Assembly (NCBI GenBank): GCA_050287845.1
Contig: JBNKCR010000082.1
Coordinates: forward strand, 1 to 56,109
Direction: 5' to 3'
DNA: 56,109 bases
Source of the DNA: Polyangia bacterium
GTDB lineage: Bacteria; Myxococcota_A; Polyangia; JAAYKL01
The position numbers were made by a program, and so were the translations under genes. The notes beneath the pieces were generated by a model. That model had not been told where the DNA came from. It saw only the letters and a list, made by a program, of their open reading frames with translations, and did not search any database. Below, piece after piece: positions 21,250 through 30,710 of this stretch; the stretch's first letter is position 1; each line of letters opens with the position of its first letter.

Positions 21250-21619
21250 GTGAAATACCTTTCCTGATGATGAAGCAGGCACAGATACTTCGGGCTGGCC
21301 AGCGAGTCAGGGGGCGCACCTTATACGAATATGGAGAGGATTTCCAGATATTTTGCATAAATTCACTTTCAATGCGCATGCATTATCGGGGTTTTTGAAT
21401 TGAAAGTCCTTAAATATCATCACGTTGACCGCCAGAGAGCAATGGAAGGAATTGGATAGATCTATTGGGGGGAGGGCAAGGTGGCGGTTCGCTCCCATGT
21501 GGACGGTGTGCCGCGCCGGGGCAAGCCGTCAAACGCAATCTCCTCTTAATCATTCCTGTTTCAATCCGTTTTAGAAGTAACAGCAGGTATGACCTTTTTT
21601 GAGGCGCAGAGGAACCAGC

Positions 21620-22759
21620 ATGCAATACCAGATACATTCGGCTATCAAAGCGAACGCCAGTTCAATCCTGGCGCTTCTGGGTTTGTCCGTAGAACCCAAA
21701 GTGCTGTTTGTGTCCCCCGAGAAAATATTGAACCGTTCGTTTCGTCGAGCCATGGCAAGTCAGGGCACTGATGTGATTTTCTCAGAGAGCTCCAACGACG
21801 CAATGCAGAAGATTCGTGCCACAACGTTTGCCATCGTGATAACTGCTGACGATTTGGACGAAATGGACGGGGTGACGCTGCTGGAGCAGGTGAAGGCGAT
21901 TTCGCCGGCAACGAAAAGAGTACTGGTTTCGGGGAAGTCCGACGTGGATGCCACCATGGCGGCGATTAACCGTGTGGGGTTGTTCAATTACGTTGTGTTG
22001 CCCTGGGAGCCCGCCGATTTACGACAGATTGTTCATCGGGCCTGTGACAGTTTTTCGCTGCAGTATGAAAATGCCAATCTCTCCAGACTGCTGAGCAATC
22101 AGGCCAATGAATTGCGATCCCTGGTTGGAAAACTGGAGACCACGGTAGAAAGCAGAACAGCAAGTCTGCTGACCGGTTTGAACGCCGCGCTTGACCTGCG
22201 TGATACGGAGACACAGGGACACTCCAGACGGGTGGCGTTGTATGCCCGACGGCTGGCAGAGGAGATTGGTGTCTCAAAAGTCGAATCCATCGATATTCAG
22301 CGGGGCGCGCTGTTGCATGATATTGGGAAAATCGGCGTATCAGATACCATTTTGCTCAAGCCGGGAAAACTGACGGAAGAAGAGTGGGTGGAAATGCGGA
22401 AACACGCCGAATTCGGGTTCAGGATCCTGGAGAACATCCCTTTTCTGGGAAATGCCCGGCATGTGGTGCGTCAGCATCACGAACGATTTGACGGCAATGG
22501 GTATCCGCAGCAAATCAAGGGAAAAGACATTATCCTTGGGGCCCGGATCTTCGCGATTATCGATACCTATGATGCGATGACATCTGACAGGCCCTATCGG
22601 AAGGGGCTTCCCCATGAGGTTGCCATTGAGGAAATCAATAAGTGCTCCGGCGCGCAGTTTGATCCCGATGTGGTGGCGGCATGGAATCGTATTCCCAGAG
22701 AAGAACTGTTTATTTTGAGAAAACGGGCGGAAGAGGACTTTTTTGCCGGGGCAATCTGA
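21620..22759 (+). CDS. Receiver (atypical)-HD-GYP phosphodiesterase
   Basis: HSRRV, LHDIGK, HHERFDGNGYP, DAMTSDRPY; N-terminal REC-like fold. Confidence 0.92.
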   Translation: MQYQIHSAIKANASSILALLGLSVEPKVLFVSPEKILNRSFRRAMASQGTDVIFSESSNDAMQKIRATTFAIVITADDLDEMDGVTLLEQVKAISPATKRVLVSGKSDVDATMAAINRVGLFNYVVLPWEPADLRQIVHRACDSFSLQYENANLSRLLSNQANELRSLVGKLETTVESRTASLLTGLNAALDLRDTETQGHSRRVALYARRLAEEIGVSKVESIDIQRGALLHDIGKIGVSDTILLKPGKLTEEEWVEMRKHAEFGFRILENIPFLGNARHVVRQHHERFDGNGYPQQIKGKDIILGARIFAIIDTYDAMTSDRPYRKGLPHEVAIEEINKCSGAQFDPDVVAAWNRIPREELFILRKRAEEDFFAGAI

Positions 22760-22768
22760 AAGGGTTAT

Positions 22769-23812
22769 ATGGTTCGAATTTGCACAATCTGGATGCCGTA
22801 TACTGGGCTGATGAACCTCATCGTGCTGGCAATGCTGCTGAATCCGGCTACGGTGTTGGCCGATTCCCCGGACGCCAGAGCGCGGGATGCGTTTGCCAGA
22901 GGGACCGAAGCCTATCAGAATGTGGAGTTTTCAGAAGCCCTGGCATATTTTGAGGAGGCGTATCGCCTGCGCCCGGCGTACCGGATTCAATACAATATTG
23001 CACAGACCTATCTGGAGCTGAACAGGCCCCATCTGGCGCTGGGGGCATTCGAAAGATATTTGTCAGAAGGCCGTATGGAGATAGATCGGGAACGACGGGA
23101 GGATGTGGTGCGGGAGATTCGTAAGCTCCGCAAAATGGTGGGGGAGATTGTGGTGGTTGGACAGACCGGGGCGGAGTGTCGCATCGATAATCAGCATATG
23201 GGATTTTTACCCCAGGACAAACCCATCCGGTTGGATTCCGGCATCCACGAAGTTACTATCCATATGCATGGTGAAGTGATTTGCCAGAAGAATGTGAACA
23301 TTGTCGCCGGCAAGAAGCGGATTGAGCAATGTCGTGCGGATTATGAAAATCAGGAGACTTCAGAACCGGAATCCGCGTGGGACGTCATGAGTGATACAAC
23401 CCTGAAGGAGTACGACCTCTCACTGGATGCTCCCCGTCCGGTGGTGCGGAAACCTTCCGCCTTTTTTAAAGTCGCCCCCTGGATATCTCTGGGATTGGCA
23501 GTGGCAGCCGGAACCACGGGTACATTGCTGGCGTTGAAAACCAACAATCTGAACGCCGAACTTTCCGGCGCCTGCGATGACGGTGTGTGTGGACCGGACC
23601 GGGAATCCGATGTGAACCGGTTGCCCAGATTGGCTCTGGGAGCGGATATCATGTTGGTTACCGCCGCAGTGCTCACTGGCGTGGGCATCGTTCTGTTTGC
23701 GGTGAAACGGAAAAAAAAGAACGCGGAGCAAACGGCACCCACCCGGGAACCGAGGAGGCTGGAGGACGACATGTCATTGATTCGTCCCCGGACGATGAGA
23801 GGGGAATTCTGA
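22769..23812 (+). CDS. TPR + PEGA-like domain membrane protein
   Basis: A..AF..G..AY, FEEAY, YNIAQ, FERYL TPR; beta domain; two C-terminal TM helices. Confidence 0.75.
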   Translation: MVRICTIWMPYTGLMNLIVLAMLLNPATVLADSPDARARDAFARGTEAYQNVEFSEALAYFEEAYRLRPAYRIQYNIAQTYLELNRPHLALGAFERYLSEGRMEIDRERREDVVREIRKLRKMVGEIVVVGQTGAECRIDNQHMGFLPQDKPIRLDSGIHEVTIHMHGEVICQKNVNIVAGKKRIEQCRADYENQETSEPESAWDVMSDTTLKEYDLSLDAPRPVVRKPSAFFKVAPWISLGLAVAAGTTGTLLALKTNNLNAELSGACDDGVCGPDRESDVNRLPRLALGADIMLVTAAVLTGVGIVLFAVKRKKKNAEQTAPTREPRRLEDDMSLIRPRTMRGEF

Positions 23813-24942
23813 TGGCCGTGCAACGCTGGTGGTCAGTACTATGGACGCTGTTATCGGCTGTGTGTCTTGCGTGTACGGCGTATATTGACGATTTTGAAGT
23901 GGCAGATTCAGCGGACACAACGCTCAGTGACAATCAGACCAGTGGTGGTTCAGATTCCACCACCGGCACCGGCACCGGAATTATCGGGGATACTGCGATG
24001 GATACCGGTACCCAGTCTCCGGTGGACACCACATCTTCCGGCGGAGTTGAATCGGACAGCGGAAGTGTGGACTCTGATGATGACAGCGAGATTCCCGTTG
24101 TATCGTGCCAGATCACTCTGACGACCCCGGCGCAGACTGCCATCACCTTCTGCGCGGTACCGGCATCGCAGACACTGCTGGGATGCAACGATGATGTGTC
24201 CGGCGTTGTGTGCGCCAGTGATGAAGTGCCCCTCCACAGTGTGTCTCTCAATGCCTTTGACATCATGAAATATGAGGTAACCCAGGGACAGTATGCAGAC
24301 TTCATTGAAGCCAACCCCAATTGGGCGCCCGATGGCACATTGGGGAGCATATCATGCAATACGCCGTATCTGTCCGGATGGTACGAGGGCGTCCCTCTTG
24401 CTGCTGTGGAAGATCAGCCAGTCACGGAAGTATGTTTCGATGCGGCAATGGCGTATTGCCAGTGGGTTGGGGCCAATGTGACGCTGCCTACTGAAGCGCA
24501 ATTTGAAAAGGCCGCCCGCGGCAGTTACGCGACGACGTCTGAACCGTATCAGCTGTATCCCTTCGGGAACAACCCATCGTGCACCATGGCCAATTACCAG
24601 ATGTGCTTCCGACGGGTTCTGGACGTGGGGACCACGGTGGGGGCATCCCCTTATGGGGTGTTTGATTTGGCAGGCAATGCTGCGGAATGGACGCGGGACC
24701 TTTATCGCGAAGACTATTATTGCAACCCGACAGATGCATCAACGACCCTGTTTACTTATCCCAACTGCAATTCCGCCTATGAATTCGTGAATCCCGAAGG
24801 GAGTGCCACCGGGTCCAACTATGTGGTGAAGGGGGGCTCCTGGTCCACGCCAGTTGGCGAATTGCAAATTTCTGCCCGTGCACGACAGGCACCCAGAAAC
24901 GGTACAAATCTGCTTGGATTCCGTTGCGTGAGAAATCGATAG
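23812..24942 (+). CDS. SUMF1/FGE-sulfatase domain lipoprotein
   Basis: TGATG coupling with upstream gene; lipobox CLAC; Ser/Thr/Asp linker; YEVT, LPTEAQFEKAARG, DLAGNAAEW, KGGSW, GFRC. Confidence 0.88.
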   Translation: MAVQRWWSVLWTLLSAVCLACTAYIDDFEVADSADTTLSDNQTSGGSDSTTGTGTGIIGDTAMDTGTQSPVDTTSSGGVESDSGSVDSDDDSEIPVVSCQITLTTPAQTAITFCAVPASQTLLGCNDDVSGVVCASDEVPLHSVSLNAFDIMKYEVTQGQYADFIEANPNWAPDGTLGSISCNTPYLSGWYEGVPLAAVEDQPVTEVCFDAAMAYCQWVGANVTLPTEAQFEKAARGSYATTSEPYQLYPFGNNPSCTMANYQMCFRRVLDVGTTVGASPYGVFDLAGNAAEWTRDLYREDYYCNPTDASTTLFTYPNCNSAYEFVNPEGSATGSNYVVKGGSWSTPVGELQISARARQAPRNGTNLLGFRCVRNR

Positions 24943-24951
24943 AATGGGTAT

Positions 24952-25479
24952 ATGATGAATTCAATATCTGACGATGATGAATCCACACTTCCGAAGAGGC
25001 GAGTTAACCTGCTTCCCGGTCAGATGATCATTGCAAGCAGCAATGAAGAAATATGGACCATTCTTGGATCGTGTATATCTATCGTGCTCCACAGCCCTTT
25101 CCGGCGAATCAGCGCCATCAACCATGCCCAGCTTCCCGCTCCCGGTTTCGGTGAAGGATGCCCGCCAACCTGTCCCCGTTCCTGCGGTCTTGAAAGCGCG
25201 TCGGACAAAAGGTATGTCACCTGCAGTTTTGAACTCATGCTGACTGGATTGAGGAAATTGAATGTCTCGCCAGGGGAACTGGATGTCCGACTGTATGGCG
25301 GCGCTGCAATGATGGCGCTCAAAGTGAGGGGGGGCAGTGTGGGAGAGCGGAATATCGCTGCTGCGGAGAAAATTGCTGCATCGCACAATCTGTCGTTTCA
25401 CTTCAGGGATGTTGGGGGAAATAAACCCCGAAAATTGCTTCATAACAGCGGTACCGGGGAAACAAGGATAATTTGCTGA
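24952..25479 (+). CDS. cheD: Chemoreceptor glutamine deamidase CheD
   Basis: TILGSC, NHAQLP, LYGGA, VGERN, DVGG. Confidence 0.85.
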   Translation: MMNSISDDDESTLPKRRVNLLPGQMIIASSNEEIWTILGSCISIVLHSPFRRISAINHAQLPAPGFGEGCPPTCPRSCGLESASDKRYVTCSFELMLTGLRKLNVSPGELDVRLYGGAAMMALKVRGGSVGERNIAAAEKIAASHNLSFHFRDVGGNKPRKLLHNSGTGETRIIC

Positions 25480-25489
25480 AGACCTGTTT

Positions 25490-26176
25490 CTATTTGCCCA
25501 GCACTTCTCTCAGTTCGGCACGGCGTTGTTCGAATTGTTCAACGATGACCAGTTTACAGATCCGATTCTGCGCGCGTGTTGATACTTTGATGAATTTGAA
25601 TGCATATGCCGTGAACGGTTCCGAATTGTTGTGCCGGTTAACGTTCATGGGAACGGTACGTACCATTTTTGACTCGAATTCCAGTACTTCGCCGGTATCC
25701 GGTATAGGGCCAAGCTTCAGAAACACCAATTCTCCCGGATTCAAATCTGAATTCAGCCTGCACAATGCCCCGCCGCCGCTGATGTCGATGGTGGTGCCTT
25801 CGATACGCTGTCCGGAATGACGGGTAATGGTGACCGGCATTTTTATCTGTGCCCGGACAAATGCACGCCGGTTGGTCACCCATTCTCCTTCCGGAAATGA
25901 AAGAATCATTTCGGTCGAACGCGTTGCTCCCATGCGCAAAAATCTGCATGTGATTGGCAATGTGGACTGGTTCTCGCCGAGTAATCGGATCTTCAGCGGT
26001 TGCTGAGGCACCAGCAGGTCCCTGGAAACGGGCTTTTCGGTTTCGATTTTAAAGTGAAGGCCGCCAAGAGAGGTGATTCTGGCATTCAGTTGCACATGTC
26101 CCTGATGCGTTGTTGCAGTGATGATAAGGGTTCTGCCTGGTGTGAGCTGTTCGTCGATTATCTTTGTATCTGCCAT
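25490..26176 (-). CDS. YcgR-like PilZ domain protein
   Basis: RRAFVR (RxxxR) and DISGGG (DxSxxG) c-di-GMP-binding motifs. Confidence 0.88.
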   Translation of the reverse strand: MADTKIIDEQLTPGRTLIITATTHQGHVQLNARITSLGGLHFKIETEKPVSRDLLVPQQPLKIRLLGENQSTLPITCRFLRMGATRSTEMILSFPEGEWVTNRRAFVRAQIKMPVTITRHSGQRIEGTTIDISGGGALCRLNSDLNPGELVFLKLGPIPDTGEVLEFESKMVRTVPMNVNRHNNSEPFTAYAFKFIKVSTRAQNRICKLVIVEQFEQRRAELREVLGK

Positions 26177-26245
26177 AACTGCCAGTTTCTATAAAACTGT
26201 TAATACCTTTTTACATAATTGATATCGGCGATTGCCGGTGGAAGC

Positions 26246-26309
26246 TAAGGACAGTGATTGAAATAAAATTGTGAGCAATGTGGCAATTTAAATTCAATCA
26301 CTGTCCTTA
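26246..26309. repeat. Long inverted repeat in the divergent PilZ/cheY intergenic region
   Basis: TAAGGACAGTGATTGAA (26246-26262) and TTCAATCACTGTCCTTA (26293-26309) are perfect reverse complements; pairing extends inward with mismatches. Confidence 0.85.
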
Positions 26310-26403
26310 AGAATCTTTTTACATCGCCGTTAAAAAGAGGTGAGAATCATGACATAGTTGTCTTTTGAAATAAAAAGACAAGTGATTTGAAAGGGTTAAA
26401 GCA

Positions 26404-26763
26404 ATGAAATTTCTGGTTGTGGATGACAGTAAAACCATGAGAATGATCGTGAAGAGAACACTTCGTCAAGCTGGCTATGGCGACCATGAAGTCGTTGAGG
26501 CCGTCAACGGGAAAGACGCTCTAGACAAAGTTTCCGCGGAACACCCGGATCTCATACTTTGTGACTGGAACATGCCTGAAATGAATGGGCTGGAGTTTCT
26601 TCAGGCGTTGAAGGGCGGCGGAGACAATACAAAATTTGGGTTTGTAACCTCAGAGGGAACCCCTGAAATGGTACAGACCGCAGAGGAAAACGGCGCGCTG
26701 TTTCTGATTTCGAAGCCGTTTACTGCAGATACATTTAAAGAAAAACTGCAGCCGGTGCTCTAA
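26404..26763 (+). CDS. cheY: CheY-like single-domain response regulator
   Basis: VVDDS, CDWNMPEMNG, VTS, SKPF. Confidence 0.85.
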   Translation: MKFLVVDDSKTMRMIVKRTLRQAGYGDHEVVEAVNGKDALDKVSAEHPDLILCDWNMPEMNGLEFLQALKGGGDNTKFGFVTSEGTPEMVQTAEENGALFLISKPFTADTFKEKLQPVL

Positions 26764-27254
26764 TGACCGCATATCCGACAATCAACGACTGGATGGACGC
26801 TGTTGTCTCCTCATCGGCCGAATTGGCGACCATGATGTTGGGAATGTCCGGAGCGGAACTGATTGCCACCCACGACCGAATGCCGTCACCGGGCAACGCA
26901 GCGTATATTTCGGTGGTGGGAGAACAGTCCGCAGTGCAGATTGGTGTGGGCGCCACGCCGGAGAATGTGCAGGTTCTGGCCAAGGCGCTGATGGGCATGA
27001 CAGCGGACGAGGACGACCTCGATTCCGATGAAGCCGCCGACGCATTCAGCGAGATCACCAATATTCTCGCAGGTCAGGTGAAAACGATCATTGGAAAAAA
27101 AAGTGATATCGTGGTGAATCTGGGTATTCCCATGTTTATCAAGGGGGAACTCTACATCCCCGAATCATCAGAAGTTCAAATCGCTGAAGCCAGAATAGGC
27201 GATGTTCCGGTAACCTTTCTTGTGATGAAAAACAAAAACATGAGGAGTGCCTAA
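26763..27254 (+). CDS. cheX: CheX-family CheY-P phosphatase
   Basis: DAFSEITNILAG (ExxN motif); TAATG coupling to cheY. Confidence 0.8.
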   Translation: MTAYPTINDWMDAVVSSSAELATMMLGMSGAELIATHDRMPSPGNAAYISVVGEQSAVQIGVGATPENVQVLAKALMGMTADEDDLDSDEAADAFSEITNILAGQVKTIIGKKSDIVVNLGIPMFIKGELYIPESSEVQIAEARIGDVPVTFLVMKNKNMRSA

Positions 27255-28189
27255 AAGGTAACTCCTACGCCTGCCTGAATTTGCGGGGTGTATGCGCGAC
27301 CTCTGGCGCCAAGAAGAGGACTGTCCACATCCGATGCCGGATAAAAGGGCAAGTATCCCGAAATAAACAGATTCATGTTGAACTCAGTGAGGCGGAACAT
27401 TCGTATCCCCGCTGTGGCCACCCCCTGTAGAAGCAACGCGTTTGCCGTAACGGAACGGTTGTCGACGGTGCCTTCAAATTGCATGAATGTGAGCCCCACC
27501 CCTCCCCCAAGGTATCCGGCTGCTGCCCGTGTTCTATTGAATTCATAGGTGAAGCCCGCATCGACGCCCACCGATATCGGGAGCCAGATGGTGCGTCGGG
27601 TGGATGCCGGGAGCGCCGCCGCCACATGAATACGGGAGTAGACGAACAGATTCTGGCTACCTTTTACGATACCAGTGGCAATACCGGGGGCATAGGACGC
27701 ACCTTTGGGGGTTCTGACGATGCTTTCATACAGTTCCAGCCGGAAATGGGTGTTGCCCGCAATGGAAAGGGTGTGGAGCGCCTTCCGGGATTCGACGTAT
27801 TGGCCGATATTCTCCTGGAGATATACCGGATCATTTCCAAGCACCAGTTGCAGCCCTTTTTTGATTTGGTCAATCAGCGCGTCGGTGTTGTCGTAGGCAT
27901 ATCGTACCGGCACTTCACCTGTGACTCGCAGGGTGACAAAGTTTTTTTCAGCAAACGGAAACACTTCCACCTGCAGAACTGTGCTGCATCCGGCATCGAC
28001 AAGTTTGTGAGAAGGAAAATGAGCCAATTCGGTGCGGACCAGGTGGACCAGCGCGTTGTTTTCGAGACTGGTTTTACTGGTGGCTTCCACACAGGTCGAA
28101 ATCGGTGCTGCCCATAGCGCCGCGGTCATCAACTGCGTTGCCAATGCAAATACAATAGCGATGGGGGCTGCGTTGCGAAATGGATACAT
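27251..28189 (-). CDS. Hypothetical exported protein, possible C-terminal beta-barrel
   Basis: Signal peptide; amphipathic Gly/aromatic strands; terminal GVGVTF. Confidence 0.65.
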   Translation of the reverse strand: MYPFRNAAPIAIVFALATQLMTAALWAAPISTCVEATSKTSLENNALVHLVRTELAHFPSHKLVDAGCSTVLQVEVFPFAEKNFVTLRVTGEVPVRYAYDNTDALIDQIKKGLQLVLGNDPVYLQENIGQYVESRKALHTLSIAGNTHFRLELYESIVRTPKGASYAPGIATGIVKGSQNLFVYSRIHVAAALPASTRRTIWLPISVGVDAGFTYEFNRTRAAAGYLGGGVGLTFMQFEGTVDNRSVTANALLLQGVATAGIRMFRLTEFNMNLFISGYLPFYPASDVDSPLLGARGRAYTPQIQAGVGVTF

Positions 28190-28195
28190 GGTGTT

Positions 28196-29560
28196 TTAAA
28201 ATACAACGCCGAGCTTGAACGATAGTCCAGGCATCCAGCTGTTGATTTGTCCGTTGCTGTTTTCGGATCTGGTGACGTACAGGGGAAGATTCAGCTCTCC
28301 CTGAATGAAAAACTGTATGGACGCGGCTCGCATGAATTCCCATCCCCATATGCCATCCGCGGTGAGTCCGCCTGAATACAGATAACTTCGGGCGTCGTAC
28401 TCCTGCTGCTCGTTCACTACACTGAACCAGGTGAACTGAAATCCCGCTCCGCCTCCCAGGTAAAAGGATACAAGCCCCCGGGGTTCCCGGTAGTGCAGAA
28501 AATGAATGGCGAGTCCGGTGTCGCCGCCATAGTCGATGTGTCCCCCTTCCGGGTTGTTGCTGGCCGCTTTCTTGCCCACACCGATTCCCAGCCCCCCCTG
28601 GACTTCCAGTCCCCAGTTTTCGAATCTTCCCCGATAGCCAAGACCGAACTGCATGGGATGATAAATGCGCAACTGCTCTTTCACCCCACCGGCATCGTCG
28701 CCATCGGTCTGCATCTGATCCACCCATGCGCCAATGATCTTTGTGCCGATATTCAGGGTGAAGTGGTTGCTGCCCTTTACCTGCTGTACCTGACGATTGG
28801 AGTCCGAAGAGAGGACGTTATCCCGTTTGATGGTGGCACTGATGGGCACGTCATGGAGGAGTGCCAGCACGGCGCGCTCGGCAAACTGGCTCAACTCTGT
28901 GGCCAGCAACTGGTCTACCCGTTCCTCCCGGTTGGTGCCGCTATACCTGGCAAAGGCGGTCCAGCCCTTTTTCAGGGGATACAGCTCAACCGTGATGGTC
29001 TGCTCGCAGGACTGGGTTGTGGATGCGAAGCCCGGCTCATGGGTCACGAAGTGCTCAACCAGACGTTTGAGATACACCAGGGCCGTCTGACCATAGGGCA
29101 GGATGCCAATTTCCCGGTCCCAGTTGCTATCTTCGAATTTCAGCTCGCGGGCAGCTCGCATGGTAATGGTTTCGCTATCACTTTCCGGGTACATTTCGGC
29201 TTCGGTTGTGCCGCCGGCATCGTCGGTTTCCGATGTGGCATACTCGGGTGGCAGGGGAGGCAATTGAACCGCTTCCGCAATGTCCTGCCCGGAGGATGCG
29301 TCTGTGGTCGGAGAAGGCACCTCTTCGGATGTTGCATCGTCCGGGGGGGCTTCGGCAGGCGTGGCCGCTGGCCGCTCTTTTGTGCTTTCTGTATCGTCTT
29401 CCTGACTCTTCTTTTGAGTATCGGTGTCCGGTTTGTGCTCCTTTTCCTGGTGTTCAATGATTTGCACACAGACGCCAATATCCTTGGCAAGCGGGATTCG
29501 GGCGAAAAGAAAGATGATGGCTGATACTGTGAATATCAGATACAAGTGGTTGGGTTTCAT
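28196..29560 (-). CDS. Hypothetical exported protein, possible C-terminal beta-barrel
   Basis: AAGGAG RBS; signal peptide; acidic Pro-rich linker; terminal FKLGVVF. Confidence 0.7.
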   Translation of the reverse strand: MKPNHLYLIFTVSAIIFLFARIPLAKDIGVCVQIIEHQEKEHKPDTDTQKKSQEDDTESTKERPAATPAEAPPDDATSEEVPSPTTDASSGQDIAEAVQLPPLPPEYATSETDDAGGTTEAEMYPESDSETITMRAARELKFEDSNWDREIGILPYGQTALVYLKRLVEHFVTHEPGFASTTQSCEQTITVELYPLKKGWTAFARYSGTNREERVDQLLATELSQFAERAVLALLHDVPISATIKRDNVLSSDSNRQVQQVKGSNHFTLNIGTKIIGAWVDQMQTDGDDAGGVKEQLRIYHPMQFGLGYRGRFENWGLEVQGGLGIGVGKKAASNNPEGGHIDYGGDTGLAIHFLHYREPRGLVSFYLGGGAGFQFTWFSVVNEQQEYDARSYLYSGGLTADGIWGWEFMRAASIQFFIQGELNLPLYVTRSENSNGQINSWMPGLSFKLGVVF

Positions 29561-29662
29561 TGCCTTTTTGTCTCCTTTGGCGCGCACCGGTACACGCACG
29601 ATTCCCATTGCAGGTTCCGTGAATGCGAGGTGACGCCGGTTGCTGTTACGCACTCGGAGATA

Positions 29663-29678
29663 AGCAACGGATATGCCA
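29663..29678 (-). promoter_or_regulatory. Candidate sigma54 (-24/-12) promoter
   Basis: Minus strand TGGCATATCCGTTGCT gives GG-N10-GC with TGGCA and TTGC, ~100 bp upstream of ATG 29560. Confidence 0.65.
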
Positions 29679-29779
29679 GCCAGAATTTTTTTATAATTTC
29701 GGGAGGATGACGGCCGGATACGAACGTCCGTGAATAAAATTCACAGAAAAGTGAGAAAAAGCACCGGGGCCTGTTTCAG

Positions 29780-30454
29780 TTATTCTGGAACGGATGACGT
29801 TTCTTCCTGATGATCAGGGCCAAAAAGCGCAGATGGTTTCCGGTTCAGTACATCGTGAAAGAAAAATCCAGTCCCCAGAAGGGAAGCGGCAAACAGCAAT
29901 ACAATGGCCAGCTGCCCAAAACCGGTCTTCTGGATAGGATGACGGTCCTTGACTTCGCATACTTCGCCCGGGCAGTACTGGGCTTTTTCCCGATACACCA
30001 GGGAGTGGAACTTGCACCCCAGGCATATGCCGAACGCTGTTTCGAAAAAGAGAAAGATGAGACATATCAGACATATTATACCGGTAATCGGACTATAGGT
30101 ATTGGCTACCACCATCAGTGTAAACATGGTGAGGGCGAGAACCAGTCCAATGACCCATGCGAATTTTTTCTGCTTTGCCCCCACGTATTCCGGAACCTGG
30201 TTTCGCACAATCCAGCGACCGACAATCAGCGTCGGCGAATATCTGGGATTGATAAATACCCGGATGGCAATATCGATGAGGAACGCCACAATGGCGTATT
30301 TGAGCGGTGTAAAGCTCTGGGTGATGCCAATGGTCAATATGGTGGTGAACATCATTAAAAATAGAAGGCCGGCGGCTGCGCGAATCTCCCGTTCATTCAA
30401 TACTGGAATCCGATATCCGGGAACAGTTTCCCCAAATTGAAATATTTGGTTCAT
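29780..30454 (-). CDS. DUF4395 family membrane protein
   Basis: NEREIRAAAG, QKKFAW, FETAFGICLGC; AGGAG RBS before ATG 30454. Confidence 0.8.
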   Translation of the reverse strand: MNQIFQFGETVPGYRIPVLNEREIRAAAGLLFLMMFTTILTIGITQSFTPLKYAIVAFLIDIAIRVFINPRYSPTLIVGRWIVRNQVPEYVGAKQKKFAWVIGLVLALTMFTLMVVANTYSPITGIICLICLIFLFFETAFGICLGCKFHSLVYREKAQYCPGEVCEVKDRHPIQKTGFGQLAIVLLFAASLLGTGFFFHDVLNRKPSALFGPDHQEETSSVPE

Positions 30455-30710
30455 TTTTTTCACTCCTGTCTGTTTTGCTCCTGTCTGCCATGCAGACAAT
30501 CCCCAATCCTGCAATACTCCCCGCATTGATCCCCAATTTGGAGAAGCGCTCAACAACCTGCTCATTTTTCATGCCGTTGTCCATTTTCTTTAGAGAAATC
30601 CCCTTCCGGGGTCGGCGAACCGCCATTGAAATTCGGTGAATGGATGGCTGAAATATAATTGTAACAAAGAAATATGTCGCAATTTTCGCTGGCCATAATA
30701 AAAGTTCGGT

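Noticed and set aside
21290..21600. GC-rich possible hairpins between deaD and the HD-GYP gene (riboswitch or sRNA?)
   Set aside because: I could not match them to any known RNA motif by eye; an Rfam/Infernal scan is needed.
28493..29524. 343 aa plus-strand ORF
   Set aside because: The opposite strand has the RBS, signal peptide and promoter.
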